64,000 bases of DNA, from contig CAWDVE010000016.1 of assembly GCA_963805625.1 (NCBI GenBank), positions 288,001 to 352,000 on the forward strand. The letters run 5' to 3'. The stretch's first letter is position 1; each line of letters opens with the position of its first letter. Below are positions 20,441-29,791 of the stretch, piece after piece. The position numbers were made by a program, and so were the translations under genes. Origin of the DNA: an uncultured Candidatus Rokubacteria bacterium (GTDB lineage Bacteria > Methylomirabilota > Methylomirabilia > Rokubacteriales > DASRDR01). Under the pieces are notes generated by a model. That model was not told the DNA's origin. It saw only the letters and a program-made list of their open reading frames with translations, and did no database searches.

Positions 20441-20808
20441 ACACGCCGCCGGGAAACCCTCGATCGTGCGACCGTGTCCGTGTGCGCAAGCCCATGGTTC
20501 GCTCAGGTGGTTGATGGCCCTGCCGGCCACTGCGATGGAGTTGGGGATTCCGATACCCAGGTGCGGCGCGAACTCCTTGACGTCGTGCGATCGTGCATTC
20601 CGTGCTCATGTCGTTTCCCTGGGATCGGGGGACGCCAGCGCCGCGCCGCCGGATGGTTGGAAGGTGTCAGGGTTCCCGTGCCGCGGGAACCCTGCCCTCA
20701 CGCGAGCAGCAGGATGGTGACCATGCCCCAGGTCGTGAGCAGGAACGTAGGCGCTCCAAAGCATGTTTCTTGTCTCCCCCACCGGCCTGGAGCGCCGGTG
20801 GCCGCAGT

Positions 20809-21325
20809 CTAGGACGCGGCGGAGCAGCCCGGCAATGGCGTCCCGGGGTCGGCGCAGGCGGCCCCGGAGGCTCCCTTGAGCCGGCGAACAGGTGGCGGAC
20901 AGGCGGGGACGACGGCGTCCCGTGGTGGGCGCCTTGCGCGGCAGGTCAGACGGCCGAGACCGCCTGCCCTGGCGGCGGCTCGGCGGCGAGCCCGAGCGCC
21001 GCGAGGAGCCGTCGCATCGCGTGCGGCTCCGTCACCGCCCCAGAATCCGGCGCGGGCCGCCGCAGCGCGGACAGACCCGGGCCTGGATCGCAAACACCCG
21101 GCGCAGGAGCTGGGCCGAGGGCCAGCGGCGCGGAACAGGCGTCGACGCCGCCCGCGCGTCGGCCGGCGCCGGCGGCGGGACGATCGCCGATCTCCAGCGG
21201 GCACGCGGGGCCAGGACGCCATGGTAGGCCGGCAACGGCCGGCGCGGCGGGGGGACGAGCGCGGCCAGCCGCTCCAGCGGATCGAGGAGCAGCGCGGTCG
21301 AGCCGTCACGCCATGGTCGGCGGAA
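20809..21325 (-). mobile_element. IS91/ISCR-family transposase 3' fragment and truncated 3' end (remnant 1)
   Basis: PWRDGSTALLLDPLERLAALVPPPR..YHGVLAP..W..LLRRVF..CPRCGG..RRLLAALGLAAEPPP; ends at CTAG. Confidence 0.82.
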
Positions 21326-21372
21326 GTGAGAGCAATGCTGCCCCCTGGGACTTGCCGGGCTGCTGCCCGGTA

Positions 21373-22011
21373 CTATGCGGTCCCGGGCCGGCTGGTTGGG
21401 TTGAGCGATTTGAAGGCGAACGCCGCCGCGGCCCCTCCCAGCAGTTCCGCAACGATGTAGAGCCACAAGTTGGACCACGGGAGCAGGCCCCGGATCGAGG
21501 CGCCGATGGCGACGGCCGGGTTGAAGGCCGCTCCCGACACCTGGCCGACGGCGAATGCGCCAGCCAGGACCGTGAAGCCGATAGCCAGACCGAAGTAGGA
21601 ATTCCCGTCTGTTGCGTCGGCTGTGGCCACGTTCAACACGACGTACACCAGCGCAAACGTGAAAAGGAACTCGGCCAGAAATACCCCAAATACGGTGGCA
21701 TGGAATGGACTCACGGGCGCGCCGCGAAGGGCGAAGCCGATGATCCAGGCCGCGCCGGCGGCACCGAGCAGTTGCGCCCCCCAGTATGGCAGCAGGTCCG
21801 AGGCAGGACACCGCCCCCGCAGGAACACCCCGAGCGTGACTGCCGGGTTGTAGTGGGCGCCCGAGATGTGGCCGCCCGCATAGATCATCGCCATCAGCAC
21901 GGCCCCTATGGCCAGCGGAGCAATCACGCCCGGAGCCGCTGCGAGCCCCGTGCAGCCGATTGTCAACACGAGAAAGAACGTCCCGATGAATTCCACGGCG
22001 TACTTACGCAT
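21373..22011 (-). CDS. Aquaporin (MIP family)
   Basis: AVEFIGTF, GHISGAHYNPAVT, SGAAFNPAV; six TM helices. Confidence 0.93.
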   Translation of the reverse strand: MRKYAVEFIGTFFLVLTIGCTGLAAAPGVIAPLAIGAVLMAMIYAGGHISGAHYNPAVTLGVFLRGRCPASDLLPYWGAQLLGAAGAAWIIGFALRGAPVSPFHATVFGVFLAEFLFTFALVYVVLNVATADATDGNSYFGLAIGFTVLAGAFAVGQVSGAAFNPAVAIGASIRGLLPWSNLWLYIVAELLGGAAAAFAFKSLNPTSRPGTA

Positions 22012-22076
22012 GGCGCGTCCTTTCGTCCTGATCGGCGGACCTCTTGTTATCGTGCGCGGCCGACGACATCAGAATC

Positions 22077-22310
22077 CTAGGCGGTCCAAATCCTGTTTCC
22101 GCCCCCTCCCCGATCCCGCCGTCAGCCCAGCGGGCGCATTCCCAGGGTGGCCGGACTCTAGCGCGCGGCAGGCCGGTCCGACAAGGCCGGAGCGAGCCGG
22201 GGCGGCTTGGGGAGACGTAGTGAGAACCGGCTCCCACGGGTCGGCGGGCAGACTGGGACGGCGGCGGGAGGTGGACGCCGGGATCGACGGCGGGTCACGA
22301 GGCGGTGATC
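22077..22310 (-). mobile_element. IS91/ISCR-type oriIS-like end (remnant 2)
   Basis: Homologous to 48010-48240 and 32301-32410; terminus TTTG-GACCG-CCTAG; keeps the last transposase codons (TAS*). Confidence 0.75.
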
Positions 22311-22579
22311 ATGGCAAGCCTGCGCACCGTAGTGAGGCAGTTCGTCCTGGAACAACATCGCGAGGTCCTGAGTCTCACCCCCCGGGACTGTTGCCCCGTA
22401 TTGACAATTCCAGGGAGCGTCGCGGGGCGGGCGGCAGCGTGAGCGCAACGCGGAAGGCAAGTGCTTCGCCCACAAGCCAAAGCGCCCCCCGCAACCACGC
22501 TTCGTGGTATTAGCTCGAGAGCCGGACTCCGTTGGCGACCTTCTCCCCGTCGTCTGTCTTCGGATGCGGCGCGCTCACC

Positions 22580-23386
22580 CTAGGCTGCCCGCTGACGCAT
22601 GTGGACGTGCGCCTCGGCCGCAGGATACCCCGCCGCGCCGAAGGTCGCGCGAATCGACGCGTTGGTGTCGAAGTACACTTGCCAGTAGTGCGCGTTGTTG
22701 CAGTAGGGCCGCACGGCGAGGACCGGTCCCCGCTCAGTGAACGTCAAGATCTCGACGTCAGGCTTTGGCTCGGCGATCACGCTCGGAATCGTCGGCAACA
22801 CTGCCTTCAGGCGGCGGATCGCGTCAAGCGGATCCACACTGTGGTCGATCTGCGCCAGAAGCTCCACCCGGCGATACGGATTGCTGCTAAAGTTCTTGAT
22901 GGTTCCGCCCATGATCTTCGCGTTCCCGACCAGCGTCTGAACGTTGTCAGGGGTATCGATCGTGGTGCTGAACAAGCCGATCGCCCGCACGGCTCCCTCG
23001 ACGTCACCCGCCATGACGTAGTCGCCGACCTTGAATGGCCGGAGCACGAGGATGAAGGTCCCGGCAGCGAAATTGGACAGAAGCCCGCCCCAGGCCGCGC
23101 CAATCGCGACGCCGAGACCGGCCACTAGAGCGGCGAACGAGGTGGTCTCGATCCCGAAATAGCCTAGGAGCGCGACGACAAGAATGACGTTGAGCGCGAC
23201 GGTGACGACTGATCGAAGATAGCCGATGACCGTCGGCTCCACCTGTTTCCGCTCGAGCGCGCGCGTGAGGAGCCTGGCGGCAAGGCCGATCAGCTGGCGG
23301 CCGACGACGAAGGCGACAATCGCCCCCAGCACCTTGAGACCGAACACAATCAGAATGGGTCGGGCTGATTCAAGGATCTCGGGCAT
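22580..23386 (-). CDS. mscS: Small-conductance mechanosensitive channel
   Basis: GIETTSFAALVAGLGVAIG..LSNFAAG..RPFKVGD..NFS.NPYRRV; GAGGAG RBS. Confidence 0.92.
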   Translation of the reverse strand: MPEILESARPILIVFGLKVLGAIVAFVVGRQLIGLAARLLTRALERKQVEPTVIGYLRSVVTVALNVILVVALLGYFGIETTSFAALVAGLGVAIGAAWGGLLSNFAAGTFILVLRPFKVGDYVMAGDVEGAVRAIGLFSTTIDTPDNVQTLVGNAKIMGGTIKNFSSNPYRRVELLAQIDHSVDPLDAIRRLKAVLPTIPSVIAEPKPDVEILTFTERGPVLAVRPYCNNAHYWQVYFDTNASIRATFGAAGYPAAEAHVHMRQRAA

Positions 23387-23495
23387 GTCCTGGGCTCCTC
23401 GTTGCGGGTGGTGGGTTGGACCTCGCGCCTCACTCCAACGGCACGGCCGATAGCCGGGCGGGAGCGAGCTTCATGTCGACTACCACGTCGAGTCG

Positions 23496-23510
23496 TCAAG
23501 CCATGTGCCA
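23496..23510 (-). promoter_or_regulatory. Putative sigma54 promoter upstream of mscS
   Basis: Minus strand TGGCACATGGCTTGA (GG-N10-GA), 110 bp upstream of the start. Confidence 0.45.
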
Positions 23511-23679
23511 CACAGATGCGCGACCTGCTCGACGCCTCGGCGCCGTATGCTTCGAGCTGTCCCCGCGGTGCTCTGTCCTCGCCCCGGGTCGAGCGCGCGG
23601 GCGGTTCGCCGGTGCACACGAGGGAACCGGTTACGTCGACCCGAAGAAGTTGGCGGCCTAGTTCGTCGGTCTCGCCAGA

Positions 23680-23785
23680 GTGTCGCTCGCATTCGGCCTT
23701 GGCCTACGTTGGCTCCCGCCATCCGTCACCCCGGCTGTAACGTGAATCCCGCCGTGACGGTCGGCTTGTGGCCGGAGGGTCCGCA
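23680..23785 (+). pseudogene. Decayed aquaporin Z fragment
   Basis: VSLAFGL followed by GCNVNPAVTVGLW (AqpZ loop B motif) in shifted frames. Confidence 0.55.
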
Positions 23786-23788
23786 GAC

Positions 23789-24065
23789 CTTAGGTTCCCA
23801 AGCGCGCTCTTGATCATGGCGCGCCTCCGGCCCGGGAGCCTGCCCGGGCGGGACTACGGTAGCGCACCTCAAGGCGCGGCGCGAGGCGAGTGGGCCGACT
23901 CGGGACGCCGAGGGCTGGCGCGGCGCGGCCCTCGGCTCGGCCGGCAGACCGAGGCGGCGGGGGGGTGGGGACGCCATGATGAGACATGTGATGGGATGGT
24001 GGTCGCGCGGCTGGGGCCAGCAGGGTCTGGAGGCGGCTCGGCCGCCAGCCTGAAGGCCGCGCGCA
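23789..24065 (-). mobile_element. Diverged IS91/ISCR-type 3' end (remnant 3)
   Basis: Encodes AAFRLAAEPPP (compare AALGLAAEPPP); CGGCAGACCGAGGCGGCGGGG..GGACGCC block resembles remnants 2 and 5; terminus CTTGGGAACCTAAG. Confidence 0.55.
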
Positions 24066-24324
24066 ACAGCTACGAGTTCGGCGGCCAGGCCTCGCTGGCC
24101 GGATGTCGCCGTGAATCGTGTGCACCAGCGGGCGTGACAGGCGTAGGGTCATCCCCTACGGAATGAGATCGATCCAGTATGTGGTCCGCTCTGTGTAGCA
24201 CTCTGCAAATCCAGCCCTCGATTTGAACCAGCGACTCTTGAGGGGCTTGAGGTTTTAGTCCCGTCGTCTTTTCCGGGCCGATTGTGCTAGATGCCATTGA
24301 GTTCGTTGGCGAAAACGTGATCGC

Positions 24325-24351
24325 GGCTCAAACACGGGTTCGAATCCCGTT
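24325..24351 (+). other. tRNA T-arm fragment (Glu/Asp-like), possible att-site relic
   Basis: AACACGGG-TTCGAAT-CCCGT is a perfect T-arm; no D-arm or acceptor stem. Confidence 0.6.
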
Positions 24352-24498
24352 AGCCGACGAGGCGAGCGCGGCGTAGAGCGAGAGGCTCGGATCGGCGCGC
24401 GTTGCGGCGCCGGATGGACAGAACCTCCGGTCGAGAGTTGACGCGCCGCACTACCGTTCGAAGCGGACAAGCGGACACCCTATAGGAAAGAACCTGTC

Positions 24499-24550
24499 CG
24501 TCCGGTTCGTACGGGACCACGAATGGGTCCCCGTACTCACGAACCGGACG
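24499..24550. repeat. Imperfect inverted repeat (origin-like hairpin)
   Basis: CGTCCGGTTCGTACGGGACC / GGTCCCCGTACTCACGAACCGGACG; preceded by GCGGACA x2 and the CCTATAGG palindrome. Confidence 0.6.
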
Positions 24551-24605
24551 TGCGATCCGGATGTCCGGGCGGCCAGTTCGGCAGGCACGCGTCCGCCCTC
24601 CCTCC

Positions 24606-25100
24606 TCATCGGCTGGCGAGCGCCCACCGGCAGGGCCGAGTGCCGTCGACGAGGACCACGCGCCCCTCCTCGCGGAGGCGCCGCACGGCGCGGCCCACGG
24701 TGGCCCCGGGCGCGCCCATCTGCTCGGCGAGCTCGGCGACCGTGAGGGCGCCGGCGGCGAGGGCGACAGTGACGCGCTTGCTCACGCTCGTGCGGGCGAT
24801 GAGGTCCGGCGCCTCCGCGAGGTCGGCGTCCGCCACCGTGGCCGCGCTGCTGGACTCGAAGCGGAGACGCAGGCCGAACGAGAGCGCCCGGCGCCCGCCG
24901 TTGGATTTCCGGTGGTAGGCCGCGATCAGGAGCTCGTCGGGCCCGGCCTCCGCGGCGCGGCGGAGCTCCCAGGCGGAGCGCGCGAGGTTCCGGACGAACA
25001 CCGACCCGTAGGGGCGCGCGGCGCCGCTCAGCTGGTCGGCGGCGGCCTTGCTGACGTGCGCGAGCACGACCGCCGCCAGGAGCCGGCGGCCGTCTGGGCC
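24606..25100 (-). pseudogene. C-terminal half of a RepA/AAA_25-type phage or plasmid helicase with winged HTH
   Basis: VLAHVSK..RPYGSVFVRNLARSAWEL..YHRKSN, then LTVAELAEQMG..VGRAVRRL; no Walker A. Confidence 0.55.
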
Positions 25101-25186
25101 GACGAGGTCCTGAGCGCAGAGAGCGTCTCCCGGATTCGACGAGGGGTCGAGCATGCGGGCTCGACTCGCGCCGGCGCGGCCCCCGA

Positions 25187-26242
25187 TCACTCCGAAGCTT
25201 TTCGACGGTAGTCCGAAGGCGTCGAGCCGGTCCAGCGCTTGAAGGCGCGGTTGAAGACGCTGACCTCCGAGTAGCCGAGCAGGTAGGCGATGTCGGTGAA
25301 CGTGTTCTTCGGGTCCCGGAGGTAGCTGAGCGAGAAGCGCCGGCGCGTGTCGTCAACCAGTGCTTTGAAGTCCACGCCGTGCTCCCTGAGGCGCCGCTGC
25401 AGCGTGCGCGGGGTCATCGCGACCTTCCGCGCCACCCGGGTGAGCGTCGGGTTTCCATCGCGGATCGATTCGCCGACGATGCGGCGAACGGACGCGAGCA
25501 GGGCGTCCTCCCGCGGCATCTCTTTCAAAACCCCGTCGAGGTAGCGCTGGAGAACCGGGTAGAGCCGCTCGTCTGCCGCCGGGATCTGCCGCTCCAGGAA
25601 CGCGCGCTCGACGACGAAGGCATTGGTCGCGCAGCCGAAGGACACCGGCGCGCCGAAGATCCGGCCGTGCTCGGAGGTCTGGCGCGGCGCCTCGTGCGCG
25701 AACTGCACCTCGAGCGGGACCCACCCGCTCCCCACCATCAGGCGGAGCGTGTTCAGCCCGACGGTCATGCTGTACTCGTTGTGCTGGCGAGGGGCCTCGA
25801 TCGGCAGGTTGGCGAGCCGGTGCCGAACATACGCGAGCCGCCCCTCCATGCCGAGAGACACCTGCGCGGCCTCGTTGTGAACGCTCAGGTAGCGCCCGAT
25901 GTTCGTGAAGCCGTCCGCGATCGTCGGCGAGTTCAGCGCGACGTAGGTCAGGGGCCCGACGTCCTTGGGATTGTAGGCGGCGCCGAAGTGGAGGCCGAAG
26001 CAGTCATCGCCCGTGGTCCGGGCCGCCTCTTCGAGGATCCGGGTGAAGTCGGCGCAGGCGATGAACCCGTCGGGGCTGGCGAAGGCCGAGCGCTCCAGCC
26101 CGACCGAGCGCAGGATCTGGTCGGGATCTCCGCCGGCCTCTTCGATCGCCTCGATCAGCCCGGTCGCGGCGGAGAGAGCGATCAATGGTCTCTTGGGCAC
26201 GACCCGAGTTCCCACATCGGCCCGAGCGGCGAGCCGGCCCAA
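25187..26242 (-). CDS. AraC-family regulator (Arabinose_bd_2 type)
   Basis: GDDCFGLHFG, MTPRTLQRRL, IAYLLGYSEVSVFNRAFKRWTGSTPSDYR; true start may be slightly downstream. Confidence 0.9.
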   Translation of the reverse strand: MGRLAARADVGTRVVPKRPLIALSAATGLIEAIEEAGGDPDQILRSVGLERSAFASPDGFIACADFTRILEEAARTTGDDCFGLHFGAAYNPKDVGPLTYVALNSPTIADGFTNIGRYLSVHNEAAQVSLGMEGRLAYVRHRLANLPIEAPRQHNEYSMTVGLNTLRLMVGSGWVPLEVQFAHEAPRQTSEHGRIFGAPVSFGCATNAFVVERAFLERQIPAADERLYPVLQRYLDGVLKEMPREDALLASVRRIVGESIRDGNPTLTRVARKVAMTPRTLQRRLREHGVDFKALVDDTRRRFSLSYLRDPKNTFTDIAYLLGYSEVSVFNRAFKRWTGSTPSDYRRKASE

Positions 26243-26243
26243 G

Positions 26244-26306
26244 TGTCAAGCCGGCGACGCGCAATGTCAAGACGAGGAGCGTCCGACAGACAAGGAGCGT
26301 CCGACA
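26244..26306. promoter_or_regulatory. Direct repeats upstream of araC, candidate operator
   Basis: TGTCAAG at 26244 and 26265 (21-bp period); AGGAGCGTCCGACA twice immediately after. Confidence 0.45.
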
Positions 26307-26551
26307 CGCCTCGTGTCTACGGCGGAGAAGGCCGTCGCCGCTGCGCCCGGTCCCCACCACCAAGGCAACTCCCGCCTCACGGAGCACCCGTTGGCCGCCG
26401 CTTCCAGGTCCGGATGACGGTCGGGTAGATGTCCAACTCGCTGCTATCAAGTACGAGTCGATTCACGTGTCAAGGAATTGTCGTCGACTGCCAAGACAGC
26501 GTTGCCTGCGACGCACTAGTGTTACGTGGCGCCACGGGTGTTCCATCCACT

Positions 26552-26932
26552 ATGTCTGATGCCCGCCGTTTCCGGATGCTCCTGATCGACGACGATCAGA
26601 ACGTGCGAGAGGTGCTGGCGCAGCTGCTCGCCTCGTTCGGATACGAGTGTCAAACGGCCGGTGACGCCGTGAGCGGGCTGGGTCTCTTCGATAGGGGGGG
26701 CTGGGATCTGGTCCTCCTCGACATCGCCATGCCCGCAATGAGCGGGTGGACGGTCGTGGAGACGATCCGGCGACGCGACCCGCTCTTGCCCATCGTCCTC
26801 ATCACGGGGCTGAGCCAGCCCGCCGTGATGCGACGCGCTCGCGAGTGGCGGTTGCCGGTCCTCCTGAAGCCCTTTCGCTTTGAAACGGTCCAAACGATTG
26901 TGGCCACGGCCCTGCAACCGAAGTCCGCCTAG
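26552..26932 (+). CDS. Single-domain response regulator (receiver)
   Basis: LLIDDD, DLVLLDIAMPAMSG, LITG, LLKPF. Confidence 0.85.
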   Translation: MSDARRFRMLLIDDDQNVREVLAQLLASFGYECQTAGDAVSGLGLFDRGGWDLVLLDIAMPAMSGWTVVETIRRRDPLLPIVLITGLSQPAVMRRAREWRLPVLLKPFRFETVQTIVATALQPKSA

Positions 26933-27399
26933 CACCGGCTGAGTGATCCGCATTTCGTGCTCACGCGTGAGAGGTGATTGGACCAGCCCCAAGGCGGTGT
27001 CCGCCGCGCGGGGCTACGAGGACTTCCGGCGCGAGGGTCCATCGCCCAATATGGGACGGCGGGCTCCCAGCGCCGCAGCGGATTCGCCGTCTGGCCGGGC
27101 TCCCGGATCGGCACCAGCTGCCACCAGCCGTCGCCCACTGGCACCGGGAGGTACTCGGTCGAGCAGTCGCACCAGTCCGGAATCTGCAGCGTCTGGGGCG
27201 GCCGCCACCCATGCGGGCGGAGGTCCTCTGCGCGGAAGCGCATCGGGGCGACCTCGCGCCCACACGTCCAGCAGGCCAGCGTGGGCTGGCGTCGGCCGTG
27301 GGCGTCGAGCCAGGTCGGTAGTGTCACGGTGTCTGGCTTCTCATGGGCGGGCCGGTTGTGGACATTTTTGTCGCGCCTCACTGGACTCTTGCCACGCAC
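26929..27399 (-). CDS. Hypothetical protein with Cys motifs
   Basis: CWTCGRE..WCDCSTEYLPVP; start uncertain. Confidence 0.4.
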   Translation of the reverse strand: MRGKSPVRRDKNVHNRPAHEKPDTVTLPTWLDAHGRRQPTLACWTCGREVAPMRFRAEDLRPHGWRPPQTLQIPDWCDCSTEYLPVPVGDGWWQLVPIREPGQTANPLRRWEPAVPYWAMDPRAGSPRSPARRTPPWGWSNHLSRVSTKCGSLSRC

Positions 27400-27879
27400 G
27401 CAGTCCGGGGCGCATCCTCAGCGAAACGTCGTCGGCATGGAAGAGTCTAGTTCAGTCAAGCCCCATGCTCCCTTAGGGGACTCCGCGCCCGCCGCGTTGG
27501 ATCTGGCATCGTCTTGCAAGCCTCAGTAAGCTCGACGACCAAAGGAGAGGAGAGACGTGGGCAATGTGGCCAGCACCTCACACCGAGTCCTTCCTGACGA
27601 GCGTTGCGTGGCGGCGTGAGCGCGAATGGGTCCGTCGCCAACCGCTTGCCGTGGCCGAGGGCTATCTGCGAGCGCTCCGGTGTTTCGACCCGGCACCGCC
27701 CGATGCTTGGCCACGCGAGGTGGAGTTGCTGGTTCAATCGAAAGCAACGCAGTCTCGCCCATCACGGCAAGCAGCACGTGACGGGAGGATGATGCACCAC
27801 CGAACTGGCTAGTCCTGCGTCACTACTGGATGATCTCATCTGCCCGCGCCAGCACCGCCGGCGGGATCGTCAGGCCGAC

Positions 27880-28045
27880 ACCCCGGTCTGCAAGCCGACG
27901 CAGCCTTTCGCCTTCTCCGCCTGGTAGTACACCTCGCGCTCGTCGTGGAGGTATCCGGTGACATATCCGGTGGCGTGCGGGGTGCTGACGATCCGGTTCC
28001 GCAGTGTCAGCCGACCGGGCGCGGCGGAGTGAATAGGTGGGGAAA
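27880..28045 (-). pseudogene. NADH:flavin oxidoreductase (OYE) N-terminal fragment
   Basis: GRLTLRNRIVSTPHATGY..YYQAEKAKG.VGL. Confidence 0.65.
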
Positions 28046-28103
28046 GTGAGAACTCATATTCGATCACCTCATCCGCCCGCGCCAGCACCGCGGGCGGGGT
28101 TCG

Positions 28104-28490
28104 TCAGGCCGAGCGCCTTCGTGGACTCTTCGCTTTACCCTTCGCTTTCCGCTTGTCTACGGACTTGGAGGTGGGCGAAGGTGGAGCTGCCATCTTCCGA
28201 ACATCCAGCACGACATCGTGCCACCAATGCTCAGCGGGTGCGCTCTCTAGCCCTTCGAGTCGTTGGCGCGTCTCTGCGAATGTCGGATCATGGTGCCATC
28301 CATCCCAGTCCACGCGGGTCCTCCAGGTGCCAACGATCACTCGTTTATCTTCATTGTCGGCGGGGCGAAGGAGTTGTCCTCCTATCCAACCTGGTCGCGT
28401 CCTCGCGGCCGACAGACGCCTGCGCATGACGGCGTCCCAATCTCGTCCGGCTCCTGGCTTCAGGTGCACATGCGTCACGATTGTCTTCAT
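28104..28490 (-). CDS. Antibiotic biosynthesis monooxygenase (ABM) domain protein
   Basis: PGWIGGQLLRP..VIVGTWRTR.DW..WH; GGAGG RBS. Confidence 0.8.
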   Translation of the reverse strand: MKTIVTHVHLKPGAGRDWDAVMRRRLSAARTRPGWIGGQLLRPADNEDKRVIVGTWRTRVDWDGWHHDPTFAETRQRLEGLESAPAEHWWHDVVLDVRKMAAPPSPTSKSVDKRKAKGKAKSPRRRSA

Positions 28491-28718
28491 CGGGAAGCCT
28501 CCAGGCCCGCGAGTGGGCCGCTGTAAGTGTCACTCTATTACCTCGTACGCCCGCGCCAGCACCGCGCCCTGCGAGCCGATGACAAAGGCCTCCTCCTCTT
28601 CGAGCCCCCGACTGGCCCACTTCCATGCCCCCAGCAGGGCAAGCGATTCCGCGACCGTCGCCGCGATCCCCAGTGTGCGCCGCACGTGCGGAAAGAGGTG
28701 CAGTATGAAGCCTGAGCC

Positions 28719-29572
28719 TTCTGCCACGGGCTCTGGGGCGCGGTCAGTACCTCCCGGATTCCCATGCCCTTCACGCGGTGCCGAAACGCGTGACCGTAGA
28801 TCGTGTCGCGATCGCGGAGGAGGTAGGACGGCGCGGTGTCGTCCGGGAACGCGTCCACGATCTGCTGGGCGGTCCAGGCCGCGGTGGGATGCTCGGTGAC
28901 GTTGAAGTGGACCACCCGCCGCCGATGGTGGGCGAGCACGACGAGGACGAATAGCACGCGCAAGTGCGCGGTGGGCACCGTGAAGAAATCGATGGAGACG
29001 AGGTCCCGGACGTGGGTGGTGAGGAACGTGCGCCAGGTCTGCGACGGCGAGGGGCGCCGCGTTGGCATCAGCCGGGAGACGGTGCGCTCGGCCACGTCGA
29101 TGCCCAGCTTGAGCAGCTCGCCATGGATTCTGGGGGCACCCCATAGGGGATTGGCGGCGGCCATTTGGGCAACCAGCGCGCGGATTTCGGGGGCGACCGG
29201 CGGGCGGCCCACGACGGAGCGGCGGGAGCGCCGGGTCCAGTAGTCGCGGAACCGTCGCCGCGGCCAGCGCAGGACGGTGTCAGGGGGCGACGATGATTAA
29301 CGCCTGCGTCCAGCCTCTCCACAGCCTGGACAGCGCGACCCAAAAGAGCCGGTCGCCGCGGCGCAACCTCGGCCGGGCCACCGCCCTCCTGTACACGGTG
29401 AGCTGCTGGCGCAGGGCGAGGGTCTCGAGGGCGAGCTGGCGGTGGCCGCCGCAGAGGAACGGGAGAGTCGGAGCAGGTGGAGCAGCGTGCTGATCATGAG
29501 ACGGCCATTGTCTCCGGATCAGAGCCGAGAGATCAACCACTTGGCCAGCGGATGGAGTTTTGGCGAAGAACA
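28719..29572 (-). mobile_element. 5' part of an IS481-like element (frameshifted transposase)
   Basis: ANPLWGAPRIHGELLKLG, SQTWRTFL, DFFTVPT, YLLRDRD; terminus GGATGGAGTTTTGGCGAAGAACA; homologous to 58992-59553. Confidence 0.88.
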
Positions 29573-29791
29573 GGCGGGAGACCTTCCACGGGTGGCCGTG
29601 CGAAGAGGGATCTCCGGGCCGCGACTTTCTGGCCGCCGTCGACCGGGTGCCGCCGGGTCCCGGGGTGTCGTCTCAAGCGCCGTCAGGAGCGCGTGAGGAT
29701 GTCTTCGCCCGGCTGGGAGCCGATGGCCCGCGGCGCGTGCGTCGACTCCGTCACCAGTCCCTTCGGTGGGGACGCTCGTCTCGCGCGCGGC

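Larger units (their letters stand above)
27823..28566 (-). repeat. Three direct copies of the 3' tail of an ABC_sub_bind gene
   Basis: 27823-27879 GLTIPPAVLARADEIIQ*; 28054-28119 KALGLT.PPAVLARADEVIE (frameshifted); 28530-28566 AVLARAYEVIE*; shared core GCCCGCGCCAGCACCGC. Confidence 0.8.

Noticed and set aside
23231-23241. CGTCGGCTCCA matches the tRNA-Thr 3' end, a possible attR
   Set aside because: Only 11 bp, GC-rich and inside the intact mscS coding sequence; likely chance
24325-24351. Second functional tRNA gene
   Set aside because: Only the T-arm is present
27504-27518. TGGCATCGTCTTGCA as a sigma54 promoter
   Set aside because: GG-to-GC spacing is 9 rather than 10, unless there is an indel
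27823-28566. Repeats as a CRISPR array or integron attC sites
   Set aside because: Degenerate, protein-coding in origin and irregularly spaced; no cas or intI genes and no RYYYAAC/GTTRRRY boxes
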